DNA from: Octopus bimaculoides
Lineage: Eukaryota
Direction of reading: 5' to 3'
Length of the DNA stretch: 36,256 nt
Assembly: GCF_001194135.2 (NCBI RefSeq)
Contig: NC_068999.1
Coordinates: 11,996,612-12,032,867, forward strand
Under the pieces are notes generated by a model. It ran no database searches. It saw nothing but the letters and a program-made list of their open reading frames with translations, and was not told where the DNA came from. A program made the translations under genes and the position numbers. Below are positions 1-12,397 of this stretch, one piece after another (positions within the stretch are counted from its first letter, which is position 1; every line of letters starts with the position of its first letter).

Positions 1-36
<36 letters not shown>

Positions 37-2559
37 TATCTATCTATCTGTCTTTAAATGCTAGAAATGTCAGCTCACATATTTTATTGTTGCAGCAAAT
101 ATGTTTGTGTATAAGTGAATGTTGTGCATCTTTATACATTCAAAATAATGGTTCAGTACGTGTATGATAACTAACAAAAAGGACAAGGAGCAAAAATAAA
201 TAGAACCATTTCATCAGCCTACATTTTATCCGGATTCAATACGATTTCAGCACTTGGAAAATTTGGAATCGCTCATCAATAAACGCTGCAGATTCCACTC
301 ATAACAAACAAACGAAACACTTCTGAAAGTTGCTTTTTATACATTCTACGAACTTCTCGAAGCTTACCATCTTCCTACAACTTGATACTAGAGTTTACAT
401 ACATACAGATTTGTGTGTGTGTATGTATGTATGTATGTATGTATGTATGTTTGTAAATAAATTTAACTAGTTCTCTGTAGATTGTAAAAACAGCCTCAGT
501 CGGTTTTCTAACTTTCTTCTGTTCTGAGAAAAGTTGGCTACATGTCTTGACCAGTCACAGAGAAATAAGCAGACAGTTTCATTATGCATACAACAAAGCC
601 TGTAGCTTCAATGGCCTGAGGGCTACTAATGCGTATACCATCTGTGTTCAACATTTTATTTAATATCAGAATGTTGATATTAAATTAATATCAGAATACA
701 CAGTCCACAAAATATCGAGGTATGATATAATATTTATAGACATTGGTGATAGACATAATTTTTTTCGTAGATTAAAGCACCCAAGCTTTTTGGAGGTTTC
801 ATCAAAGATGTCTACGTTAGTTGACCGATCCCAGAAGAACAAATAGCCAATCCTTTTAGATGCACATCTATCTATCAATCTATCTATCTATCTATCTCTC
901 TCTCTGTCTCTCTCTCTCTCTCTANNNNNNNNNNNNNNNNNNNNNNNNNNNNNNNNNNNNNNNNNNNNNNNNNNNNNNNNNNNNNNNNNNNNNNNNNNNN
1001 NNNNNNNNNNNNNNNNNNNNNNNNNNNNNNNNNNNNNNNNNNNNNNNNNNNNNNNNNNNNNNNNNNNNNNNNNNNNNNNNNNNNNNNNNNNNNNNNNNNN
1101 NNNNNNNNNNNNNNNNNNNNNNNNNNNNNNNNNNNNNNNNNNNNNNNNNNNNNNNNNNNNNNNNNNNNNNNNNNNNNNNNNNNNNNNNNNNNNNNNNNNN
1201 NNNNNNNNNNNNNNNNNNNNNNNNNNNNNNNNNNNNNNNNNNNNNNNNNNNNNNNNNNNNNNNNNNNNNNNNNNNNNNNNNNNNNNNNNNNNNNNNNNNN
1301 NNNNNNNNNNNNNNNNNNNNNNNNNNNNNNNNNNNNNNNNNNNNNNNNNNNNNNNNNNNNNNNNNNNNNNNNNNNNNNNNNNNNNNNNNNNNNNNNNNNN
1401 NNNNNNNNNNNNNNNNNNNNNNNNNNNNNNNNNNNNNNNNNNNNNNNNNNNNNNNNNNNNNNNNNNNNNNNNNNNNNNNNNNNNNNNNNNNNNNNNNNNN
1501 NNNNNNNNNNNNNNNNNNNNNNNNNNNNNNNNNNNNNNNNNNNNNNNNNNNNNNNNNNNNNNNNNNNNNNNNNNNNNNNNNNNNNNNNNNNNNNNNNNNN
1601 NNNNNNNNNNNNNNNNNNNNNNNNNNNNNNNNNNNNNNNNNNNNNNNNNNNNNNNNNNNNNNNNNNNNNNNNNNNNNNNNNNNNNNNNNNNNNNNNNNNN
1701 NNNNNNNNNNNNNNNNNNNNNNNNNNNNNNNNNNNGAAAGAAGGTTTGAAAATGCACTTATTTTAAAGATATTTATTTACTTAACCGGTTTCACTTTTTT
1801 AGAAAAAGATTATCAAAAATCTTTGAGAATAATAAAAAAATGTTAAAAACAGTTTGAATATTAAAATGCATATATACATTCTTTGGTGATAATAAGAGGA
1901 ATATATTTAACGTATAAAGCTTTGTATAAACTTTGTAGTGTTACATACTGATTATCACACATTCTCTGATAATAAGATGAAAATGTTTAAAACAGTGTAA
2001 GTATGAAAATACATATATGGAAAAATACATATACATATTCTTTGATTCGATCGTCTAAAATCGATACAGGCTGTGACAGGTCATGGATAAAATGAAAAGA
2101 AAACAAAAAAAAACAGTAGAAAGATACAAACAAACAACAAAAACACAATTACGAATATACATGTCAGCCCATGTGGCTGCCATGTTCATTATGTAAATAT
2201 ATACATGTATACACCCGAATTGTGAATTAAAGGGTGAAGCCTTCTGATGGACGGCACAATGTTTGATGGCTGATGTGGATGTTGGTGCATTCATTAGTTT
2301 TGAATTCCTTGCCATTTGTCTTCAATGTATTCATTCTACTTCTAACTGTATTATTAACACTTAGCTTGTTTTTTTTTCGTTATACTTTTTCTTTTTTAAC
2401 TCTGTTTTTCTTTTTTTTTTCTCACATAGATATTCTCCCTTTTGGGTTTATTTATTTATTTAGTTTTTTTTTATTTCATCCTTACTTTTCATCATCGCCA
2501 ATGACAAATATTACAAGAGCCATTATCGTAATCATCATCACTTGCTTCGTTACCAGCGT

Positions 2560-2926
2560 TGTCGCTGTTGTTGATGATTTCGTCATCATCATCAGTATCA
2601 TCATAATTTTCCTTCTTGTCCTCCTTCTCGTCCACCTCTTCTTCTTCTTCATCATCATCATCTTCATCATCATCATCATGACCATCCTGTCTTCTTCTTC
2701 TTCTTCTTCTTCTTCTTCTTCTTCTTCTTCTTCTTTCTTTTTTCTTCTTCTTCTCCTTCTTCTTTCTTTTTTCTTCTTCTTCTTCTTCTTCTTCTTCTTC
2801 TTCTTCTTCTTCTTCTTCTCCTTCTTCTTCTTCTTCTTCTTCTTCTCCTCCTCCTCCTCCTCCTCCTTCTTCTTCTTTTTCTTCTTCTTCTTCTTCTTCT
2901 TTTTCTTTTTCTTCTTCTTCTTCTGC

Positions 2927-2979
<53 letters not shown>

Positions 2980-3000
2980 GTTCTTCTTCTTCTTCTTCTA

Positions 3001-3064
<64 letters not shown>

Positions 3065-3075
3065 TTATCATTATC
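2560..3075. repeat. Compound trinucleotide microsatellite (ATC)/(TTC)/(CTC)/(TTA)
   Basis: Read directly; it generates the poly-S/F/L/R/I pseudo-ORFs. Confidence 0.97.
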
Positions 3076-3399
3076 CCGTTTCTTCTTTTCTTTCCACTCT
3101 CCTCGATTCCTCCTCCTCCAACTCATCTTTCTTTTCCCCCCATCGACATTATTTTCTATCATTCTACACCCATCACACCTACTCATTGCTCTTATACCAC
3201 TTCACTTTCCTTCCTCCCCGACCCGAACTGCGTCCTCCCGGCATTACCATGTGTTGAATGGTGTTGCACTTAATCTACGTGACAACGTGTGATGATCCTA
3301 TACAACAAACTCTTGATCCCAGCGCATCAAACTCAGAGGTCGTTTAACCTGCATCGTTAAATACATTTTCTTGACCCACGAATGATAAAATTTTATAAA

Positions 3400-3696
3400 T
3401 AAATGCATTCACACAAACACACATACGCACCGAATACATACATATGCATACACACGCACACGCACACGCACACACACTCAGATAGACGCACACGCACGCA
3501 TACTCACGCGCACTCACACATGCATACACAGAAAATTACATGCACATGGGAGCACTCAAACACGCATATATCCATATATGTATATGTAAGTATATGTGCG
3601 TGTGTGTGTATATATACATACGCGCTCTCACACACACACACACGTTCACACACATATATATGGATATGTGAACGGGTGGATGTAGATACACGGAAA

Positions 3697-3733
<37 letters not shown>

Positions 3734-3755
3734 GGATGCATGCATAATTAGAAAG

Positions 3756-3850
<95 letters not shown>

Positions 3851-3890
3851 AGACGTATATAGAATTGTGCGTGCGTTCACGCGCGCGCAT

Positions 3891-3925
<35 letters not shown>
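3400..3925. repeat. Compound dinucleotide microsatellites (CA)/(GA)/(TA)/(GA)/(GT)
   Basis: Read directly. Confidence 0.95.
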
Positions 3926-3926
<1 letters not shown>

Positions 3927-4339
3927 TAGAAAATAGATTGAACGGAATTCTATTTTTGAAACCACAACAATTGTTTCGACAAACTTCTACACTCATGATT
4001 GGTGGAATAATATTACATAACACCTTCATAAATGTTGTGTAATCACAATCGTCCATCCAAGGTGTTAGCTACGTCTCTTCAGACGGTTGTATAAGTAAGT
4101 CCCACGTTAGATCATACTGCCATTTCACTCGGTGTGATTGAGCACATGCACAGGAATGCGATATTTTCAGCAATTTACAAACAAAACTAATCCCATTGAT
4201 ATTGTGAAAGACAAAATACAATTACAATCAAGACACAAAACTCAGAGATATCGAAACAGACACGAAAATAAAAGAAGTCGGTTTTACTATGAATTACAAT
4301 TCTACAACCATAGTCTGACTATAAGGAAGAAAGTTGAAA

Positions 4340-5328
4340 TCTACTGTTCATAGTGGGTCTCTCAGATAAACACTCGTCCATACAGAGAGCTAACTTCACA
4401 TGCTATGCAGATAACACAAAAAGTTTCACAGATAAAAATCACCTTGAAAAAGAGTTAGATGCAATATGCAACTGGGCTGAGGATAGTAGCATGCAGTTTA
4501 ATACTGGAAAGTCCCAAGTTTTACGTTGTCAGTCGACAAAGTTAAATGCAATGCAGACAAATTACACTGGGCCTGAAGGGATGGCTGATCCAAATCCGCG
4601 ATCAATGTGTTACCTGGCCATTGACATGAGGATGCATTGACATGAGGATACATTGACATGAGTAGTGACGCATCCTTCCATATGGATATTCCTAATTTAC
4701 TAATGAAATGCCTGTGACTAATCGAATGGATTCTTACAATGTTCAGAACATGATATCAAAAACCCATGATGGTCCTCTTGAGGACTTGTGTCTCAAGTGG
4801 TCTTGACTACTGTTACGGAATATGGTCACCACAAAGTGTGACATTAATTGCAGAACTTGAAGCATTTCATCGAAGCTGCACGGACAAGATAGCCTTCAGA
4901 CAGAAAATAGTTACTGTGAAAGACTTAAGAACGGGAAAGTTATGTTACAATATACACGTGGAAGATCCTTGAAAGATTTGTTTCGATCTTTAGCGTTAGA
5001 GTTTATACAAATGCCATAACAGGACACAATTGCATATTACGTAAAATCCCTCCCCTGTCGTTAAAATACAGCAGAAGATACGACAATAATTTGGGATTAA
5101 AGGCCCCACAGCTCTTGATTATCCGCCCGAAGGAGCTGAGAGACCTACATGATGTGGACGTAGATGTCTTCAAAACTAAACTGGGTTTCCCAGTGTCAAG
5201 AGACCCAGATGAGCCAACTTCACAGCAGGAAGTGGGAATGATGGCAGCAGCATCGATTTCCCTCATTCACAAAACGCCAAAACCAATTGGTGTTTTCCCA
5301 GCAGTATTGTCTTGGTTTCCATTGATAC
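4340..5328 (+). mobile_element. Decayed 5'-truncated non-LTR retrotransposon, CR1/L2-type reverse transcriptase C-terminal half plus 3' end
   Basis: Broken-frame translations give LFIVGLSDKH..ANFTCYADNTKS (RT YADD box read as YADN, about 4404-4415), LEKELDAICNWAEDSSMQFNTGKSQVL, LRTCVSSGLDYCYGIWSPQ..ELEAFHRSCTDKI, and PKELRDLHDVDVDVFKTKL...PDEPTSQQEVGMMAAASISLIH. These match the usual RT-thumb and C-terminal pattern of CR1/L2-group LINEs. Multiple stops and frameshifts; followed directly by a (TTA)n tract. Confidence 0.85.
4619..4662. repeat. 16-bp tandem triplication inside the LINE remnant
   Basis: cattgacatgaggatg / cattgacatgaggata / cattgacatgag read directly. Confidence 0.9.

Positions 5329-5397
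<69 letters not shown>
5329..5397. repeat. (TTA)n, probable LINE tail
   Basis: Lies immediately 3' of the CR1/L2-type LINE end. Confidence 0.95.
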
Positions 5398-5408
5398 GTT
5401 ATGACAAG

Positions 5409-5621
5409 GCGGTGAGGTAACAGAAACGTTAGTACACCGGGCGACATGCTTAGCGGCATTTCATCCGCATTTTTTTTTTTCTTTATTCTAAGTTAAAATT
5501 CCGTGAAGGCCAACTTTGCCTTTCATCCTTTCGGGGTTGAAGAAATAAGTACCAGTTACGTACTGGAGTCAATGTAATCGATTAACCCCCTTCGCCCCAA
5601 ATTTTGAAGGCCTAGTGCCTA
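5409..5621 (+). mobile_element. tRNA-derived SINE, family C (octopus-type), 3' end runs into a gap
   Basis: B-box-like gttaaaattcc followed by ctttgcctttcatcctttcggggttgaagaaataagtaccagtt. Aligns by eye with the reverse complement of 23891-24101 and with 14436-14580. Confidence 0.8.
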
Positions 5622-6592
5622 NNNNNNNNNNNNNNNNNNNNNNNNNNNNNNNNNNNNNNNNNNNNNNNNNNNNNNNNNNNNNNNNNNNNNNNNNNNNNNN
5701 NNNNNNNNNNNNNNNNNNNNNNNNNNNNNNNNNNNNNNNNNNNNNNNNNNNNNNNNNNNNNNNNNNNNNNNNNNNNNNNNNNNNNNNNNNNNNNNNNNNN
5801 NNNNNNNNNNNNNNNNNNNNNNNNNNNNNNNNNNNNNNNNNNNNNNNNNNNNNNNNNNNNNNNNNNNNNNNNNNNNNNNNNNNNNNNNNNNNNNNNNNNN
5901 NNNNNNNNNNNNNNNNNNNNNNNNNNNNNNNNNNNNNNNNNNNNNNNNNNNNNNNNNNNNNNNNNNNNNNNNNNNNNNNNNNNNNNNNNNNNNNNNNNNN
6001 NNNNNNNNNNNNNNNNNNNNNNNNNNNNNNNNNNNNNNNNNNNNNNNNNNNNNNNNNNNNNNNNNNNNNNNNNNNNNNNNNNNNNNNNNNNNNNNNNNNN
6101 NNNNNNNNNNNNNNNNNNNNNNNNNNNNNNNNNNNNNNNNGTGGTGGTGGTGGTGGTGAAGGTAGTGGTGGCGGCGACAGCCGCAGCAGTATCTGCTGTC
6201 GTTGTTCTTGCTATTGTTGTCTTCCTTCGACATCTACTTCTTGTTTTCCCTCAATCACTTTTTGAATAAAATCGCCCAAGATCCTTTCAATGCTAAATGG
6301 CCATATGTATACAAATCATGAAATCCATTAAAGACAGCCTTCCCGTTCTACAATCTACAGCCACATAGATGTACATACAAAGAAACACTACCATAAAAAT
6401 ATTCAGGCAATACATCACAACATACACAAACATAAATAACATTTTGTTTGTTTCTATGTATGTGTGTGTTTGTGTGTGTGTGTGTGTGTGTGCGTGTACG
6501 CATATATGTTTGAGAGTATCTATGCATGTTTGTATGAATGCATATGCATACACACACATATATATATATGCATACATACGTACATGCATAGG

Positions 6593-6642
<50 letters not shown>

Positions 6643-6738
6643 CACATATATAAATGCATAAAGACTCACATATATATATGTATGTGTATATATTTATATA
6701 TGTTTATATATATATCTACTATAAATATCTTTCTTTAT

Positions 6739-6771
<33 letters not shown>

Positions 6772-7402
6772 CATATATGTATGTATGTNNNNNNNNNNNN
6801 NNNNNNNNNNNNNNNNNNNNNNNNNNNNNNNNNNNNNNNNNNNNNNNNNNNNNNNNNNNNNNNNNNNNNNNNNNNNNNNNNNNNNNNNNNNNNNNNNNNN
6901 NNNNNNNNNNNNNNNNNNNNNNNNNNNNNNNNNNNNNNNNNNNNNNNNNNNNNNNNNNNNNNNNNNNNNNNNNNNNNNNNNNNNNNNNNNNNNNNNNNNN
7001 NNNNNNNNNNNNNNNNNNNNNNNNNNNNNNNNNNNNNNNNNNNNNNNNNNNNNNNNNNNNNNNNNNNNNNNNNNNNNNNNNNNNNNNNNNNNNNNNNNNN
7101 NNNNNNNNNNNNNNNNNNNNNNNNNNNNNNNNNNNNNNNNNNNNNNNNNNNNNNNNNNNNNNNNNNNNNNNNNNNNNNNNNNNNNNNNNNNNNNNNNNNN
7201 NNNNNNNNNNNNNNNNNNNNNNNNNNNNNNNNNNNNNNNNNNNNNNNNNNNNNNNNNNNNNNNNNNNNNNNNNNNNNNNNNNNNNNNNNNNNNNNNNNNN
7301 NNNNNNNNNNNNNNNNNNNNNNNNNNNNNNNNNNNNNNNNNNNNNNNNNNNNNNNNNNNNNNNNNNNNNNNNNNNNNNNNNNNNNNNNNNNNNNNNNNNN
7401 GA

Positions 7403-7442
<40 letters not shown>

Positions 7443-8212
7443 AAATCAAGAAAGAGAGAGAGAGAAAGAAAGGTAGAAATGGAGCCATAAAGACAAGTAG
7501 TTCCTGCGATTGGTACCGGGGATAAACGTGGAATTGAAGACGGGCGCAAGTAACTTCGGGAGCAACCCGTGCTTTTCAAATGTCATGATAGTTATATTAG
7601 AGAGATTATACATCATATATAATTTTCTTTAAACTTATTTATTATTCTTTTATGTATTCGCTTTTTCATATATTTTTATGATATTGTCTTGTGTTCCTCT
7701 TCGATTTTTTCTTTGTTTTTCTTTTCTTTTTCTTTTTTTTTTCTTTTACAGACGGAATATATCTAGAAAATTGTATTTTTTTTTTTAGTCTTTGGAAATG
7801 TTAATAATTTAATGACACCGAGCTAAAAAGAAAAAAAAAATGGTATATTCCGTAAAGAAACTTTTGCACAATTGCAAGAAAAAAAATTATAGTAGCCTGA
7901 TAAAAACATGAGCGGTAATATTAAATGAGATATTTAAAAATGAAGAATAAAAGACAAGAGAAAGACAGATAGCCAGACGAACTGTCAGACGGACAGACTG
8001 AAGGAGAAAGCGCTAGAGGAAGGTAAAAAAGGAGAAGAATACGAAACTAAGGTTACTGGGAACGTTCCTTCAATTAAGGCAAATATAGGTTTTGCTTATA
8101 TGCATATACATATTGATATAACATACATACAAGCATAGATATACACATAAGCGTGTTGGAGTGAGTATGTGTGTGAGCGCGTATGAGTATAAATATGTAG
8201 AGACATATAAGT

Positions 8213-8268
<56 letters not shown>

Positions 8269-8924
8269 NNNNNNNNNNNNNNNNNNNNNNNNNNNNNNNN
8301 NNNNNNNNNNNNNNNNNNNNNNNNNNNNNNNNNNNNNNNNNNNNNNNNNNNNNNNNNNNNNNNNNNNNNNNNNNNNNNNNNNNNNNNNNNNNNNNNNNNN
8401 NNNNNNNNNNNNNNNNNNNNNNNNNCACACGCACATATATATCTATGCAGATGGATACGTAGATAGATTGGTAGATAGACAGAAATAGATAGATACATGC
8501 ACACATACATACGCACATATATACATACGTACATACATACATATGTGTGCATGTTTTGACTGTGTATGTTCATAGTGACGTAAAGGTAATTAAATTTATG
8601 TGTATGTTTGTATGCATTTATGAATGTTTGTACGTACATTCATAAATGTGTAAGTATATATATATATATACATACATAGATGGATGAATGCATAGATGGC
8701 TGGGTGGATGGTAGTTTGCATACGTGTATGTATGAATATATTTATTAATGTATTTATGTATATATGCACACATCTATATATATATATATATTGATACTGG
8801 ACAATGTATCTGTACACATCTATGTAAGCACGCGTGTGTGTGTATATATATATATATTTCTCTGTACATTTATGAGAATGCTTATCTTTAAATTCAAGGA
8901 AGGCAGAAGCGGCGAAATTTAGAC

Positions 8925-8958
<34 letters not shown>

Positions 8959-9004
8959 CACGCACGCACACACACACACACTCATACACACACACACACA
9001 CACA

Positions 9005-9039
<35 letters not shown>

Positions 9040-10095
9040 CTTAAAATGGGGAAGAGAAAGAAATACACCCGTTTCAATATGTTCATACGTAAACATAAAT
9101 GATATTTCAAATAAACACACGCTCACATACACGCACACACACGCACACACACACATTCGTCCATACACAGATACATACATGCAAACATATACGAGGAAAA
9201 AATACATAGAGACACGGAGACACACTCACATACACATAATCAATTTTAGACGAAAAAATACATGTACACACAGAAATATTTTAAAAAAAATTTAGAGTAG
9301 ATATTACTGAGTATTATCTAAAAAGAACCGCAATATGGTCGAACAAAAAGTAAAATATGTAAAATAAAATTGGAAAATATAACAAGAAATCCAAAGAAAT
9401 AAAACATTAACTAAAATAGCAACAAAAGAAATGAAATAAAATAAGGAAAAGGAAAAGAATGAAACATTAACTAATATAAAAACAGAACAAGATAGATAAA
9501 GCGATAACTAAAGTAAGCTAAAATGAATGTAAAGTGAAAGTAAACGTAAATAAAAACAGATGTTGACAAAGAGAAGATATTGCAACAATTTAGTGCGACA
9601 ATGCAACGAATTCAGCGGCTGATATAAAGAAATAAAACATGAAGAGGTTATTGATTTAGAGTTGGAAAGAAAAAAAGTGAAAAGAAAAGAAACACCTGAA
9701 AAAGCTAATTACGAACGGAAGTGAAGTGAGTTTGATTGAACATTTTGGCTTCAGTCCTAAAACTTCTCGTCTTTAGAATATAATGGTGCTGGGAATGGTG
9801 ACGGTTTTACTGAGAGTATTTTATATATATTTATATTCATAGTTGTATTTTATTTTAGTTTATTTCGTGTTGTTTTATTTCTTATTCGTCCGTCTTCAGT
9901 TATTATGAAATATTGAGTCTTTGTTACTATATTTATATTTTTATTTATTTATTCACTAATTTATGTATTCGTTTTATTTTGGATGTTTGGATTTTAGTTC
10001 TTTGAACTTTGTTCTTTGCTCCTTGTCTTTGATAGTTTCACATACGTGATGGTGACAGTGAAATGTGCGGTTATGAAATGGCAGAGAGATATATA

Positions 10096-10984
10096 TACGA
10101 GGACTGTCCAAAATGGAATGGAACATCTTTAGAAAATAAATTGACATCATTAACAACTTAACCAGTCTATTTCTTCGAAATAGTCTTCCCCTTCCATTGA
10201 TAAAACACTCCCGGATTGTTTCCGGTTTGAGAACTTGTTTTGGAACGCATATTGAGGGCGAATCTGCTGAGTTTGAATTTTCTTCGCAACCTTTCATCTT
10301 CTAGAACAGCCACTAACTCATTGCTTCCATATCCATGGTCATCCATGTATCTTCCATTGTTATGATACATTGCAGGGAGTTTTCATCAGCATCGAAACGA
10401 TCATAGAACTTCTGAATGACTACGGCTCGATTAGCTGTTAGTACAGATGCAGAAACACGAAGATGTTTCGCTTTTTTTTTTCTTTTCAAAATAATGATGC
10501 TTGAAATTTTACGTATGTCTAGTTTTTCGGATATTTCACAGTCAAGAGAAAATTTCAGAGGATCTCATAAAGTTTGTAGTAGCATAGTCGTCATTTATCA
10601 GTTGCTTAGAGTCGTCCACATTTAAGATTTTCTTAGCTCTGAAACACACGAAACGCAACTGCTTTTGTGTAAAGCTGCCAACACATCTGTGACACGTGAA
10701 AGATTTCAGAAAACATTTTCCCGTTAAAAAACTGAGTTACCCATTAAACTATTGCTTTTCCAAACACTTCATTTTTCAGCTTAAAACAAATCTCTCAGAG
10801 CACTAAATATACGATCGCCTTAGATTGTATAGATATTTTGTCTATCTGAAGTAGCAAAATTATAAGAGTGAAAATAAAAATCACTATTTAAAATATAGCT
10901 TTATAGTTAAAAGCATGTCACACTAATTGGTAGGTGCGTTGGTTTAAAAGATCAGTTTCTTTTTTTTTGTGGGGGGGATCCGTA
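10096..10984 (-). mobile_element. Internally deleted, decayed mariner (Tc1/mariner) DNA transposon
   Basis: Left end TA|CGAGGACTGTCCAAAA is a mariner-type TIR with a TA target site. Minus-strand fragments in the expected order: WVTQFFNGK (HTH region), VDDSKQLINDD, EKLDIRKIS, RFDADENSLQCIITMEDTW (first catalytic-Asp motif, cf. IVTGDETW) and C-terminal GEDYFEE. The probable right TIR near 10945-10984 is heavily degenerate, so the right boundary is uncertain. Confidence 0.75.
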
Positions 10985-12104
10985 TATCACAAATTATGAG
11001 TGTGAGATAGAAAACATGAGGAAGAAAGAGATAGGTGAAGGCAAGAAATTTGAATGCACACATGCACCACCACCCCACGTATACACGGATATGCAAACAC
11101 AAACTTATGTGTAAACTTATTTAAGGCACAAAACTGAAATCAGAATCACAAAAATAAACTTAAATATTAGACAGTTTGAATGTAGATTAAATAAAATGGG
11201 AACCACATTCTTTGTATACTATTGATGCATTGTAAAAGTAAGGGAGAGTCTCCAGGCGGAGAATTTCACGTTTTGTTAACTGTTCCTCAGAGAAGTTAAA
11301 CCAGGTTTCATTCGGCAGTAAATGGCTTTGGTCTACTACTTTCATATGTTAGGCTAGTACATTACCAATGACGTAATTTGAATACATTTGCGTTAGACAG
11401 CTCGTCATTATTTAAGCAATGTTATTTTAGGAGCAATAGAGCGTAAAACTAAATACTGAAATCATTTAAATATGAAGATTCTTCACTGAAGAAGTCATAG
11501 GAATGTCAACACAGACACATATATATGACGTGTTTAATGCATTTATATCTTTGAAAAGTGAAAAGGTGAAGGCTATAGTAGTAGTCTCGGAACAGGTCCC
11601 TTTTAAATGCAGTATGTTAAGAAATGTAATATACTTCAGAGCAACACGAAAAGAAAGCATCCCGGAAGCGACGACCGCGTGAGTGACAGATGCGCATTTC
11701 GCCGTTTTTATGTCTTGTCAATACCACGCACTAAGCGAATATAGCTCTGTCTTTCTGTACGCATACACCGTATGTGTATATTTTTATGTGCCTTTGAGTG
11801 TGTGTGTATGTGTGTGTCTACGCGTGTGTGTAAGCCTAAGAAGAACTTCAATACCCGACAAACTAAAGTTTCACAGAAATTGGCCACATATCAAATATCG
11901 CTGGATAGGTGATGCCCTACCGAAGGAGTGGTAGAACGGAAATTCTGTTGGACTATTTTTATCTTTCATAAATTAACATATATTGGATTCGACAAACGGT
12001 AGGAATTTTTATTGTACTATTATGTACGTATGGGTATTTGTGTTTGCGCATAAAAATGTTAAATATATGTATATTTATGTATGTATTTTTGTGTTTACGT
12101 ATGT

Positions 12105-12325
12105 ACGTAGGTAGGTAGGTAGGTAGGATGTTCTTACACACAAACACACAGGTAAGCACAAATGTGGATCGATAGACAGCCAGAAAGGCATACAGACAGA
12201 CAGACAGGCAGACAGACAGGCAGGCAGACAGGCAGACAGGCAGGCAGAAGACTGACATATAGACAGATAGGTAGGTAGGTAGGTAGGTAGGTAGGTAGAT
12301 AGATAGGTAGATATATAGATGGATT

Positions 12326-12397
<72 letters not shown>
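12105..12397. repeat. Compound tetranucleotide microsatellite (TAGG)/(CAGA,CAGG)/(TAGG)/(GATA)
   Basis: Read directly. Confidence 0.95.

Noticed and set aside
251-304. Possible terminal exon HLENLESLINKRCRFHS-stop
   Set aside because: Only an acceptor-like tttcag supports it; no partner exon in the window and no recognisable homology.
2273-3001. 242-aa hydrophobic membrane-protein-like ORF
   Set aside because: A product of T-rich and trinucleotide repeats.
4476-4510. CTGAGGA...GAAA second hammerhead-like hit
   Set aside because: Lacks the G10.1-C11.1 pair and a stem I, and lies within LINE coding sequence (WAEDSSMQFNTGK).
9560-9725. Coiled-coil-like peptide DVDKEKILQQF...KEIKHEEVIDLELERKK
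   Set aside because: Needs a frameshift and is explained by A/G-rich composition.
11205-11365. 52-aa minus-strand ORF MKVVDQSHLLPNETWFNFSEEQ...
   Set aside because: Within chance length, with no clear splice sites or known motif.
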